The notes beneath the pieces are model-generated. The model made no database searches. It saw only the letters and a list, made by a program, of their open reading frames with translations, and had not been told where the DNA came from. From Anthoceros angustus (Eukaryota; Plantae; Anthocerotophyta), in the NCBI GenBank assembly GCA_010909165.1, contig MU008166.1, forward strand, positions 620,001 through 684,000: a stretch of DNA of 64,000 nt. The letters are read 5' to 3'. The stretch's first letter is position 1, and every line of letters begins with the position of its first letter. This document shows, in pieces, positions 39,912 through 52,892 of this stretch. The position numbers were made by a program, and so were the translations under genes.

Positions 39912-40899
39912 CAGCCTACACCACCGAGTTTCGGCAGTTGGTAATGAGTATCCCTGGGATGACGGACGAGGAGAAGTTGGACCGGTACTCCCGTGGGCTG
40001 AAGCATGCAGTACGGAAGGATGTGGTGATGCACGCCAAGTGCGAGACATTCGAGGAGGCTGTCACGAGTGCCCAGCAGTCCGACGCACTGTATCACGAGT
40101 TTAAAGGCTGGTACAAGCCAACTAGGGGCGTTGAGAATTCGGGGCGAGGCCACTCCGATGGAGCTCGGGCATTCGAGCATTCGAGGCGTGCTATACACCT
40201 TGATGGGGCATCGCGCGCGCCCCACAGAACTCCCGCGAGGCTGGACGTGGACGAGGAAGACGGTTCCATAACAACAGAGGAGGTAACCGTGAAGTGAACC
40301 TTGCACAGGCAGACGTTGCTAAGACATTGGGAAACGGGGCCCCCGTGATTAGTCGCATGTTGGGCGGGGGCCGCTGCGTCAGCGGCGAAGCCTCGAGATA
40401 CGACAATTATTCACAGTGCAAGGCCATATCAACGGGATACCTTGCCGAATCTTGATCGATTGCGGTGCGAGTACTAATTTCCTGTCCCGTTGTTTTGCAA
40501 GGAAGGCGTGCTGGATCTGGCAGGCACAGAATGCGGTTAGCTAATGGCCAGCTACAAGGGAGAGCTACACACAGCCGCCCCGTAAACCTACGGATGGGAG
40601 CGTACTGTGAAAGGGTGAGCTTCACCATAACAGAATTGGGGAATGGACACGATGCCATTTTAGGCATGCCTTGGCTCGAAGACCGCAATCCAGCCATCAC
40701 CTGGCCTCAACACGAATTGTCTCTTGTGCTGAGGCGATATCTTGTAAAGGAGCAACAGCAGTGGCGAGGTTAGATTTGGAAGGTTTCGACCGCGAGCATG
40801 CGGAGGAGCATCAAGAAGAGGGGAGAGCACGGGATGACCCTGTTTGTCATCAAGGAGAGGCTCTGCCCTACACGACAAACAAGCTTTTGAAGGTGATCT

Positions 40900-42200
40900 T
40901 TGGGATTACTCAAATCATGGGCGATTTCCGGGGCGTCCTTGTCAACACCCTGCCTGCGGGGTTGCCACCATCCAGGAGTGTTGACCATCGGATTGAGCTT
41001 GTGCCAGGATTTCATAAACCCCCTATCGACCAAGATATCGGATGTCCCGTTGGAAATTCAGAGTCAACTGCGGTGGAAGAGGCTCTACATAAAGACATAA
41101 GACCTTCCAAATCGCCATATGGGGCACCCATTTTGTTTTCGCGTAAGAAGAACGGTAAGTTACGTATGTGTATTGACTATCGGGGGTTGAACAACCTCAC
41201 TAAGAAGAATACATTTCCTCTCCCTCGCATTGATGAATTATTGGAGGGACTGGCAGGGGCCCGCTACTTCTCAAAATTGGACTTAGTTAGTGGCTACCAT
41301 CAGATCAGGATTGCTGCTGGAGATGAGGAGAAGACAGCCTTTAATACCAGGTATGGCCACTATGAGTGGCTTGTTATGTCGTTTGGCATGACAAACGCCC
41401 CCGCATCATTCCAAACGCTCATGAACGATGTTTTTCATGGCCTAATCAACAAAGGTATTTTGGTCTACCTTGATGACATACTGGTTTATGGTAGGGATAG
41501 GGCGGAGCACGACAGGAACCTACGCGAGGCCCTGTCACGGCTCAGGAAGCATCAACTGTATGTCCAAGCCCCGAAGTGTGAGATACTACAGCGGCAGGTA
41601 GAGTATCTTGGGCACATTGTCGAGAAACCCAGATTCTCGACTCGACCAAAAGGTGCTGTGTCCGAGAATGGCCCACTCCATCACAAACACGTGATGTACA
41701 AAGTTTTCTTGGCCTCGCATCTTACTATAGAAAATTTATCTTGGGTTTCGCTAAGATAGCCGCACTGCTGACGCCTTATTGTTAGGGGTGTGCATGGGGC
41801 GAATGAGGCCGCTGCTATCAGCGGCCACCACCGCTCCCGTCCTTGCATACCCCGAACCGTCCGTGCCATTTATCGTTACCACAGACGCATCCGATATTGC
41901 TGTAGGGGCCATTCTACAGCAGGACCAAGGAACGGGCAGGCAGCCTGTAGCCTACTTCTCGCGGAAGCTTAAGGGCGCTGAACTCAATTGGACGACAAGC
42001 GAGAAGGAGACGCTAGCCCAGGTACTCGCATTAAAAAACTGGCGTTGTTTTCTTGAAGGGGTAGCTTTTGACCTCGAGATACCACCCGCCCCTTGTTTAC
42101 TTACGCATAGCATCTCTCGCAAGGTGCCCGGAATTCTGCAGCAGCCAGATACTATCCGTTATGTCAAAGGCGTGCGAGCGTTGATGCCCTTAGTCGATTG
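40900..42200 (+). pseudogene. pol: Chromovirus RT and RNase H
   Basis: SKSPYGAPILF...LRMCIDYRGLN...FSKLDLVSGYHQI...YLDDILVY; TDASDIAVGAILQQ...PVAYFSRKL...EKETLA. Confidence 0.95.
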
Positions 42201-43697
42201 CAGACTAATACTCTTGTCACTGAGGTACAGGTCCAGCCAACCTGGCACGCGGAGATTCGTGAGGCCCTTAGCGCCGATCACACCGCGGTGGCAGCATCCA
42301 AGGCGATTCAGGAGGGCTCCGCAGATTGGCAACTGCTGGATGGTTTACTATGGTATAAGCAGCGCTTGTTTGTTCCCCAACTGCCACATATCCACCGCCA
42401 AATCATTAAGGAGGCTCATAATTCCCCCTCCGCCGGCCATCAAGGTGTTCACAGGACCACAGCCCTCGTTCAACAGTCCTACTTTTGGCCCGGCTTACTC
42501 AGCGACGTTCGCGACTACGTCACTTTATGCTCCGCTTGTCAGCATAACAAGCCTTTGAGGCAAGTACCTGCCGGCCTTCTCCAACCCTTGCCAGTCCCTC
42601 TGATGCCTTGGGAGCAGGTGACTCTTGATTTCATCACCGGTCTTCCGCGGACTGACGAAGGTTTTAATGCTATTATTGTGTTCACCGATAAGCTCACCCG
42701 CCACGTCCTTCTTCATCCTACGCAGGATACCTGTACGGCGGAGGAGACTGCCGACATCTTTCTTAAGGTTGTCTATCGTGCTCATGGCTTACCCCGATCT
42801 CTTGTAAGTGATCGCGACCCTCGCTTCACATCCAGGTTCTGGCAGGCTGTACATGCGGGACTTCAAACTAAACTCTGTTTCTCCACAGCCTTCCACCCTC
42901 AGACCGACGGGGCCACCGAACGGGCCAATCAGGTTCTTGAAGATATGTTGCGGGCATATGCTGGTACTCATCAGGACCAATGGGCCACCTATTTGCATTT
43001 TGCGGAGTTTGCCTACAACAACGCCCCCAACAGCTCTACTGGTGTCTCCCCGTTCCTCTTCAACAAAGGCTTTCACCCGCGCACCTGTCTCTCCGCCTCC
43101 CTCCCCGCTCACTCTGCTGTCCCCGCTGCTACGGAGTTCCTGGCTCGCCGCCTCACCATTCAACAACAAGCTTGCCGCCTGGCCCATGAGGCCCAGAACC
43201 GGCAGGCTCAGTATGCCAATCGTCACCACCGCCCGCACTCTCTTCGTGTCGGCGATTTTGTCCTGCTCTCGTCCCGTCACCTTCCCCCCTCTCTTGGTGT
43301 TCGCAAGCTCTCCCCTCGGTTCTTAGGTCCCTATCGAATTCTGCGTTAGATTGGCCCCGTTGCTTTTGAGCTCACCCTCCCTCCCCACTGCCGCTTGCAT
43401 CCCGTTTTTCACGTCTCTCTCCTCAAACCCTTTCATGGTTCCCCTCCCCCTGTCCCTGCCCCCATCCCCACCCCTTCTGGGCCCGAATTCGAAGTCGAAG
43501 CTATTTTACGTCATCGCCTTGTCCGTCGTCGCTACCAATTCCTGGTCCTCTGGAAGGGGTATCCCCTCACTGATGCCACTTGGGAACCCCTGTCTCACCT
43601 TACGAACGCCCCCGACCTCTTGCGCCAGTACCTTCACCAACACCACCTTCCCCTTCCTCCCTTCGTGGTCGAAGCTTCTTCTTCCCCCCCGGGGTGA
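42198..43697 (+). pseudogene. Chromovirus integrase + chromodomain
   Basis: H...H...CSAC zinc finger, LDFITGLP, SDRDPRF, HPQTDGATER, GPY motif; one in-frame TAG at 43347-43349; EFEVEAIL...FLVLWKGYPLTDATWEP chromodomain. Confidence 0.95.
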
Positions 43698-43699
43698 GT

Positions 43700-43928
43700 T
43701 GTCACGACCCATGCCCTAACCATGACCTAAGCGCCGATCTCGGGAAAGCATAGTAACTTGAATCACGGGCCGTAGGATACGCGCCAAGTAGACGGCGCAA
43801 TCAGGGCCCGTGATTGCACCCTTTCTCTTGTATAAAGCCCGCGGCTCAACTTAAGCAAAGGATCTTTTTGTTGCGTGGAACCACTCCCCGGTTGTAGGTT
43901 CGCTCGGCCTAGCCCCATGACCATCACA
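43700..43928 (+). repeat. Chromovirus 3' LTR (end tentative)
   Basis: TGTCACG start after GGGGTGAGT; TATAAAG at ~43831; candidate end CATCACA; partner LTR is not in the window. Confidence 0.5.
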
Positions 43929-45339
43929 ATTACAGTGTGTTCAAAATGGATAGGGCATTTGGAGTTCATGATCGAGTGCTTGGTGCATAGGTTGAGACCA
44001 CAGATGGGTGACCAGGTGCGGGCGCACGGCGTTGAGAGGAGTGCGGACGAGAGCCGTTGAGAGGAGGGCGGAGGGAGCCGTTGAGAGGAGCGACGACGGA
44101 AGCCCGTTGCCGGAGAGGGAGACACTGGAAAGAAAGAGAGGCATGCCGGCCTCATGCCTCTCGGCTTTGCAATGGGCGTGGCCACACGGGCGGTATGAAT
44201 GGCAGGGCTCATTAAGTTTGCGTTAGCCTTAGGAGACGGGGGTCCAAACTGTGTCGGTTTGGACAATCCATGGTGGTCGGTCCAAACTGACACATTTTGA
44301 GACCAGGACGTGGCATCCTTGAATACGAGCTTCCAAAGCACAAAACATCGCTGAACAATCTGACAGGAGCCGACACTTACCGTTTCATTATGGCCAAGTG
44401 CGTTCTTTATCATGTTATGAGTTAGAAAGTCCCCGAGATCTTATCATGTATGTGGGCCTCGGTGAATGAGGACCGCCAGGCCGATGTGAAGGGACCATGG
44501 TCCATATGTGCCTCGTGGCATTCCGGACTCCATGTCATCCAGTCTCAAGGTGTCAGTCATACCTAACGAGATCGCTTCGGTATGAAGCTCTAAGCACAAA
44601 ATGAAAATGTGCCAGCAGTAGGCCATGACTTGCACTGCGCGCATTCTCTTGGCCCCCTTTTCCACAATTCTTCTGCATTTGGCTCTTTTTTTCCACGGCT
44701 CAGGCTTGCAGGACCTGTGCGAAGTAGGCGTTTTAAGCGTTGGACTGTTAGTTTGTGTGGCACCATGGCCTCCCTTCCCTGAAGTGAGAGATCGCAAGTG
44801 CCTCCGACTCCGGATGAGGAGGCGGAGATCACTGGTCTGATGCGGTGGTGCAAGATTGAAGAGGCAAGATTGTTAGAAGAGAACAACTAGTTTTAAGGGG
44901 AGAGATGTTAGAATAAATAGGTTTTAGGGTTTGGTGATAACTATTCTCACTACCATATATGCAACGCAAGGGCGAAAACGGCACATGGGCATCCCCGCTC
45001 CCTTGATTACCAAATCTACTGATTTTATGAGTGAGCCGCGAAGATAGAAGCGTCCGGGGTTATGGCTAAAATCCCCTCTTTTTTTGGGCAAAAATCCGTA
45101 TTCGCTTTTTTTTTGGGCTTTTTTTAAGGGTGTTTGCTAATTTTAATGTGATGTTCAAACCCGCGGCACCACATCCTACATGTTCATTTGGTCACAATGT
45201 GACGCATCCATGGTAGAGCACCGCGATTTTGAAGAGGTGAAGACAATCAGAACCGTCAGTTATATGCTATTTGTGCATGTTCGCCGTTCATCCCATACAA
45301 GTGTTTTTGTTAGAAAACAGATAGCACAAGATGAGTGCC

Positions 45340-45670
45340 CAAACAAGTTTGCGCACCCAACGTGATAATGTACAAGCTTGTTTGCGCAAAATGAGCAAGA
45401 AGATCTAGGTGCGCAAACATGTTTGCGCACTTGGGGGCAAGAAGACGCAGGTTTGCGCACCTAGGAGCAAGAGGGCCCAGGTGGGCGAACAAGTGCACGC
45501 ACCAGGGGACAAAGGCGCCCAAGTGGGCGAACAAGTGCGCGCACCAGGGGACCCAAGTTGGGTGAACAATTGCGTGCACCATGGGGCAAGGGGGCCCAGG
45601 TGCACGCATAAGTGCGCGCACCAAGGGGCAAGGAGGCCCAGGTGCGCGCACTTGTGCGCACACCCAGGGT
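45340..45670. repeat. Degenerate GC-rich minisatellite
   Basis: Recurrent GCGCACC...AGGGG...CCCAGGTG / CAAGTG units. Confidence 0.75.
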
Positions 45671-48600
45671 CATGGAGGGCCTAGGGGCATGAACCCATAT
45701 GGTTCACGCCTCCTAGTGCATTCCCTGACGGTTCACCCAAAGAAAAAAAGAGCAAAAAATCTGAAAATACGAAAATATCCCAAAAATCCAATTTTTTGAG
45801 GCAAGTGTGCATACTTGTGTGCGCACTTGCCCTTGGTATTTTTCTGCGCTGTTTTTGTTTTTTTTATATTTTTATTGTTTTAAAAGGTTCCTTTCGGCGT
45901 TTTCAACCCTTTTTATGCACCTCCCTAATGCGGATATGTCCTTATCTAAACTTAGCCCTCATCTTTTTTCTAGTGGTTACAACTTTGAACTAGTAGTGAG
46001 AACCTTTTGCATCTTTTGAATCTTGAGACATTTGGCATGGGTCCAGCTCCAAGTGCAGACCATACCACTCTCATTCTCGCACTGCACGCGCATCAAGAAG
46101 AGCATCAGGTCAATGAAGATATTATTGTCTCGATGTCTAAGAAACAAAGTCCTGTAGAATTTCTAGAGCGAGAGTATAGTCTTAGGATTGACTGGTACGA
46201 GAGAAAGGTTGGTGCGCAAACAAGTTTGTGCACTAGAATGACAGCAAGCCCTAAAAACTCTAAATGTTTGTACGCATGCCGGTTGTGAGAATGACCTTCT
46301 TTTAGGAAGGCTCAGAATTGGATGAAGTATTAAATCAAATATGTTTGTGCACGCGTAAACAAGATCTAAACTCTTCAAAATGGCCGTTTTTAGTGTGGAT
46401 TTTTTAGCATGCAATTTGGGGTTTGCAGAAGTTTGTGTGCAAAAAGGGGTTCCTGGAGAAACCCCTATCTACCCAGATGGTGTTATATAAGGGTCCTGAA
46501 GGCTGTGTTCTATACACTTGATCTTCAGTAGATCCTCAATAGAAGAAGAATATACCAGATCCTCAATAAAAGAAGCAAACAACAGCGTACAGGAAATTGG
46601 AGCAAAAAGTAAGCACGATCGACAATGGTGTGCTCCTAGGATCCCATGACAGGAGGTTTGTAAGGTTCAATGGTAGGAGGTTTGCAGGGTTCCGTGGCAG
46701 GAGGTGTGCAAGATCTATTGTAGGAGCTGGTCTGGGATATGTGGCAGGAGTTGGTCTGGGAAAGGTGGCAAGAAGTGATTTGGATACCATCAAGATGCTC
46801 CAATTGCGTGAACTTGTGGCGGGCGATGAGTTAACCTATTCTTTCGAGAAGACAAGAGCGGACGACAAGAGCAGCGCATATCTATTTCATCTGCGGGGTT
46901 CATCAGCACAGACTAATCACTTTGCAACTATTGACCACAACATGTTGGATCTTTCTAAATGCAGTCAGCATCTCTTAAGTGCCGCAACTTAAGGCATGTC
47001 CCTATGTTTGTTTGTTTATTTCTACAAGCTTGTGGCCTAGTATAATGTGTCACCTTCTGAGGTTTGGTTGTAAATTTGCGCACCTTTTCAAAAGGCTGAG
47101 ACACTGAAGATCGGTGACGTTCACATTCTTGGTTGCATAAGCAATAGCATACTTTGTATAAGGAACGCCAAGTTCTAATTAAGGTAATGCTGCTTTACAT
47201 CCCACTCTAAATCTATGCCCCTTTTCTACATGAATGTCAGTTGCAAACTTTGTGAGCTAATGTAGCTGTCCACTTCACAACGCGATAGGTTGTGTCATGG
47301 CTTGAAGAGATAATATAGAGTATATATAATGAAGGTGGTAGGCTATGGGCCGAATACCTAGGTTGATATGATGTGATATATATGTGTGTGTTATTCATGG
47401 ATGTCATGTAGCATATATGTGGATGTGTGGTGTATGGCATGATGGTAGGGTATGGATATTATATGTTCATATGTATTTAGATTAAAATATTAAAATATTA
47501 AAAGTATAATAATAAAGCATATTTATATAATATAAATTTAAAATAGATATAATATCTAATTAGCTATGGCATGAGTCTTAGATATGTAGTTGTGATCCAA
47601 TATCGATTGAATTTTCAATAGTTTTTCTTGAAAATTTATCTTCTGAAAAATAAAACGATAATATACTTGTCCCACACCTTGTCTTTCTTCCATTGCAAAC
47701 TACAACGCTGGTTGTTGCATGTTCATTGCAATCTAGTTGTTGCATGCATACGAAGGAGAGCTAAAAATAATTTCTTTATTCACGTGATAAGAATTTTGAT
47801 AATTATTTTTTATAATTTATTTTAATAATTTAGATAATATATTTTTTGGGAGACTTATTTAAGAGACTCATTATATTATAATTCTATTTGCATACTTATC
47901 TAAACTGTGAAGCCTAGGGCTTCACAAACATACTAGGCCATGAGCTCGCTTGGCCATGGACAGCTACAGTAAAGGAGTCCGGGCCAAGTTGCCCTCTTGT
48001 CGGGCTACGAGTAGCCCGAGCATAAATAGGAGTTCCCCAACGGAATAAATAGGAGTTCCTATTTATTCCGTTGGTTGTGTTATTTTAGCTTGTGAGTATC
48101 CCAGCTAGCACCCCATATCACTTCTAAAACTACTAGAAGTGTGTATTTAAGGACACTTATCGCTGTGTATTTATCCCATATTTGTACTCGTATATGTTAC
48201 TCTTCACAAGGCAACAAGACCGTTTACAAAGTTCCATGGTTCGTGGCCAACCATAGTCACTCAAAACTTGTTGTCACAACTATGAATGATACATGATAAT
48301 TACCAGCTCATTCTACTCTATTATTTTCTGTATGACTATTTGTTTTTTATATTCCTAGTTTAGTATCCTCTCGACCCAATTGGGTTGAGAGGATTCTTAG
48401 CATTGGCTGCCTTGGCGGTGTTGTAGGCCATGGAATATTTTAATTTAAAATATTATAACATGCAGCTAGGGATAGGTATTAAAACAATAAGATATGAACT
48501 AGACCCCTTTAAAGTGGATTTGACAATATGGGGTTTTTATTTCATATTTTTTTACATGCCTTCACAACTCCAAAGCAAGGAATCTGACATGCCCTATGAC

Positions 48601-48719
48601 AGCGGGGTTCGACCGAATTTTCTTTTATAGGAAATATTTGTTACTTTTAGAAAATAGAATATTGATGTAAGTTTTCATGTCGTAAGTGGGGTTGTTATTC
48701 TACACTTAATGAATCGAGA

Positions 48720-49190
48720 TTGAGTGTTAGAAGCCCATCTCGGCTTGTGTTAGCAACCCATCTGGGTTTGTGTTAGAAGCCTATCCAGGTTTGAGTTTTT
48801 GAAGACCATTCAAACTTGAGTATTAGAAGCCTATCCATGCTTGAGTTTTAGAAGACCATTCAAACTTGAATGTTACAAGCCTATCCGAGCTTGAGTATCC
48901 AAGCTCGGTTAGAAGCCTATTCGAGCTTGAGTATCTAGGTTCGAGTGTTAGAAGCCTCCAAGCTTGAGTGTTAGAAGCCTACCCACGCGTTTGAGTGTTA
49001 GAAGCCTACCCACGTTTGAGTGTTAGAAGCCTACCCAGGCTTGTCAGTGTTAGAAGCCTGCTCGAGCTTGAATGTTAGAAGCCCATCCGGGTATGAGTGT
49101 GAGAAGCTCGTCCAGGCATGAGAGTTACCCATCTGGGTAAGAGTGTCACAAGCTATCTGGGATTGAATATTAGAAGCCTCTTTGGACTTA
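48720..49190. repeat. Minisatellite with ~25-bp unit
   Basis: Repeated TTGAGTGTTAGAAGCCTAYCCRRGC-like units. Confidence 0.9.
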
Positions 49191-50278
49191 ATGTCAAATC
49201 TTTTAACCTTTGAAAGTCCCTTAAGGATATGCTTCATGTTCTCTTGGCTGGATGAATTTGGTTGGATCGGGCCAACTAGTTGGGATTGAATCTGTTAGAA
49301 CCGGGGCTGAGAAATGCCTTCAAGGTTGGCCCTACTGGCCCTACACGTCTGTAAGTTGGGCTCATGGTTAGGTGGCAAAGAAAATGTATTTCTTAAAGGT
49401 GTGCGAACATAGGGCTCTATGAGCCGCCATCATCTTAATGAGTACTAGGGAAATTTATGTGAAGGCTAAGCACTATAAGAGAGGTCCCATATTCTGTAAT
49501 TTTAGGCTTGACAAACTGCAGGGCTTTGTCCTCAAGCCTTATAACAATTTCTCTTTTATTCTGTGCATGATGTTTGCGAGCTGGTGCGCAAGCTTGCAAG
49601 TCTACCCCTTTGCTCACGTTTTCTGTTGCTATATGTTGCCTTTGAACTAGGCGCATTAGCAAGAGTCTGGAGCCCGCTTGCACCTGCCTTACCGTTTGAT
49701 GAAACAGTGTCGTGTGAAGCACCGCTGTGCAATTGCTGTCACTGACCAGAGTCATCATTATTTCGTGTTGAAGCCTAGTGTGAAACACTGAGTTGTGAGG
49801 CCCCATGCTCATTCAACAACTGGCACCCTTGTCAGGACCTCTCAAGAGTGGAAGGCCGGCTACCTGACAACTTAAACCCTGATTTGTTAGTGGTTGTCTG
49901 ACTGACTAAATGAGCTTTTTTCTGGCTTCCCTTTAAATTCACCTAGTAGGTCCAACTCCCCCCTCTTGCCCCGTCCCACCTCCTCCCGCCCCTCCCCTAC
50001 CGCCACCCTTTGTTAGCATGAGGTTCATGGGTGGGTACATTAGAAACAAGCCCATCTCACAAGCCTTGCCAAAACCCAAGATACTTACCGATCTCTTGAG
50101 AAGATTTAGGTGTGTAATTTAAGTAGGAATGGTTGGCAGGCAATTGGCCTTTTCGCTTGGACGTGTCTGTGCATTCTATCCTATACCATTTGCAATGCTA
50201 CGGCCAGACAACCTCTCTAGGTACCCTTTGGTCTAGCCAATTCCCCAACCCTCTTTCAAGTATAGATTGTAAGACCCT

Positions 50279-50908
50279 TTGATGGCCTTCTTGAGTTCAG
50301 AGTCTGCAATGGCTGGAAGGTACGTTGACTCTGCTGCCCTCCCACAATTTTTTGGCTCCCCCGGTGAAGACCCGGACGAGCACCTGCAGTTGTTCAAAAG
50401 AGTGCTCAAAACTAAGATGCTTGGTTCAAAAAGGAATTATTTGAAGCTCTTCCCTGCGTCGCTCTAAAGTGAGGCCAAAGTGTGGTTTGAGAATCTCTAT
50501 GATGTTGGTAGAACGGACATGGCAACCTTGTGTTCCTCCTTCCTAGCCTAGTTTCGAAGTAAAACGTTTTTGCTGCTTGCTGCAAGGAAGAGCTTAGTTG
50601 ACTATGTGAAGGACAGAAAGAGAGCATCATTGACTATATCGAGAAAACCTGGGCCCTTGTCTGGAAGCTTGGTGCCTACCCAAGTTGCTGCTGGCCCGTT
50701 GGGATTTAGGGTCATGGAAAGGTTGGATGAAGACACTGCCCACGAGGAACGACTTGTACAACTTTGCAGACTTGATGAAGAGAGAAGGTCGGCAGCTGAG
50801 CAGATGTGCCAAAGGAAGAACGAGATTAAGCAAAGCTTTGATGAGAGTAGGGTGGTGTTTGAGTTGGCGCCAGTGGTCTACTCTAGGTGTTTCTTAAGGA
50901 TAATTTAA
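50279..50908 (+). pseudogene. Degenerate LTR-retrotransposon gag remnant, possibly joined to an integrase tail
   Basis: LPQFFGSPGEDPDEHLQLF...LKLFPASL*SEAKVWF is a retrotransposon gag motif with stops. Confidence 0.7.
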
Positions 50909-51160
50909 CTATCTGTCATGTTTGGAACTCCACAATCAAGCGTCCTTCGGATGGATTAGTACTTGGATGGGGTACCACTTGGCCCTCATCCCCCATTTCA
51001 TGGGCCTACGAGGTCCTTATTGTAAAAGTCGTATGCAGTGTGCGGGGCCGTGTGTTGTAAGAGCCCTACAGAGCTATTCCTAATGAAATCATGGTATGGG
51101 ACTTTGATGTATATTTCAAAATACCTATAAAATCTCCAAATTCGCTAAAACAAATGACAT

Positions 51161-51575
51161 CAGGGTGTCATTTTGACCCCGTCCCAAGCTCGGTCCCGGT
51201 CCCGGCATGTGTTAAAAAAAACATGGGACCGGAGGTTCTTCAGGAGTCCGGTCCCCACCCTCGGTCCCCTAGGGGACCGAGGGTTCATAAAAAATCCGAT
51301 TTAAAATTAATAAATTATTTAATTTTATATCAAGGATTTATAATTATTATGGACAAATGGACTCATCTTATCATGGACGCAGTCTGCCTACTGGGCTGCA
51401 GTCTACGGACTCCGCAGTCTTTTATATTATTTATAAATTATTTATAAATTATTTATAAATTATTTATTATATTTAGTGACCAAGGGTCGCAAAAGGCCGC
51501 AGTCCCTCCTCGGTCCGGGACCAAGCGTAACCAGCTAAGCAGCGTGAGATAGTACTCGGTCAAAATGACACCCTG
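51161..51575. mobile_element. hAT-type MITE
   Basis: Perfect 18-bp TIR CAGGGTGTCATTTTGACC / GGTCAAAATGACACCCTG; perfect 8-bp TSD AATGACAT; GGTCCC/GGGACC subterminal motifs; no ORF. Confidence 0.92.
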
Positions 51576-52434
51576 AATGACATGATCAACCATGATTTAG
51601 TAATCCACAAAGCTATCAAATGCCTTCGGCCAAATGCACACACAGTTATAAAAACGTCCCTATTAAGCATCATGTGCTTAGATTGGTACTTGGATAAGGT
51701 GCCTAGAGGGAGTGCAAGTAGCTTAGGCACCTCATGGTACAAGTTGTTAAGAGTGAAGTATAACATACTTTTTCTTCTTCTATTGAGACCCTCAATCCAT
51801 TTCATCCAAGTGGACCATCATAGACTCTTTCTTCTTCTATGAAGACATTTCTGGGAACTATTTATTATGAAAATAAATTATTTAATTTTATATCAAGGAT
51901 TTATAATTATTATGGACAAATGGACTCATCTTATCATGGCGATCGCCCTCTTTGGGCTGCAGTCTACGGACTCCATGATCTTTTATATTATTTATAAATT
52001 ATTTATAAATTATTTATAAATTATTTATTATATTTAGTGACCAAGGGTCGCAAAGGCCGCAGTCCCTCCTCGGTCCGGGACCGTAGCCAGAGCTAGGCAG
52101 TCCGGGACCGAGATAGTACTCGGTCAAAATGACACCCTGAATGACATGATCAACCATGATTTAGTAATCCACAAAGCTATCAAATGCCTTCGGCCAAATG
52201 CACACAGCTATAAAACGTCCTATTAAGCATCATGTGCTTAGATTGGTACTTGGATAAGGTGCCTAGAGGGAGTGCAAGTAGCTTAGGCACCTCATGGTAC
52301 AAGTTGTTAAGAGTGAAGTATAACATACTTTTTCTTCTTCTATTGAGACCCTCAATCCATTTCATCCAAGTGGACCATCATAGACTCTTTCTTCTTCTAT
52401 GAAGACATTTCTGGGAACTATTTATTATGAAAAT
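51311..52434. repeat. Tandem duplication (~563-bp unit) of the MITE right half plus flank
   Basis: 51311-51873 is repeated at 51874-52434; the second right TIR ends at 52139. Confidence 0.9.
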
Positions 52435-52892
52435 AGGCAATTAACCCAGAACTGTTTATTTTGTAAATAGGCAGTTAATGATGCTAATCAAGAATTCTAT
52501 TAATTACCTACCTATTTAGAAACAATTAGGTATAAATACATGTCGGGGAAAAATAATTTCCTACAGCTTATGGACCTCCGGTCAGATGGAAGTATGAGTC
52601 TGACCACGTGCCACCCAACAACCGAATCATTACTTGTAGAGTTCACCGTTTGGCGGGAGACTCATCTTGGCTTTCTTTGCCAATCTTCACTGGCGAATGT
52701 CCTCAGGATGGTTTGGTGATGTAGAATCCCAGGATGTAGATTAACTATGGTGCACAGGGGAAAAGAAATGCATGTAGTTGCCTGAGTTGCTGTGGAGAAA
52801 GACTAGGCAATCTTGCATGCAGAACGTCGCTGAAACGGAGTGGCCGGTGGTTTGGGAGGTGTACATATTCAGGAGGTGAGCAAAAGGAGACA

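Larger units (their letters stand above)
39912..43928 (+). mobile_element. Ty3/Gypsy chromovirus, 3' portion (interrupted in gag)
   Basis: gag (AYTTEFRQL...KLDRYSRGLK, ATPMELG), protease region, RT, RNase H, integrase and chromodomain in order, then a short PPT and an LTR starting TGTCACG. Confidence 0.92.

Noticed and set aside
43763-44413. 216-aa minus-strand ORF
   Set aside because: Runs across the putative chromovirus LTR boundary and a short repeat; no recognisable domain.
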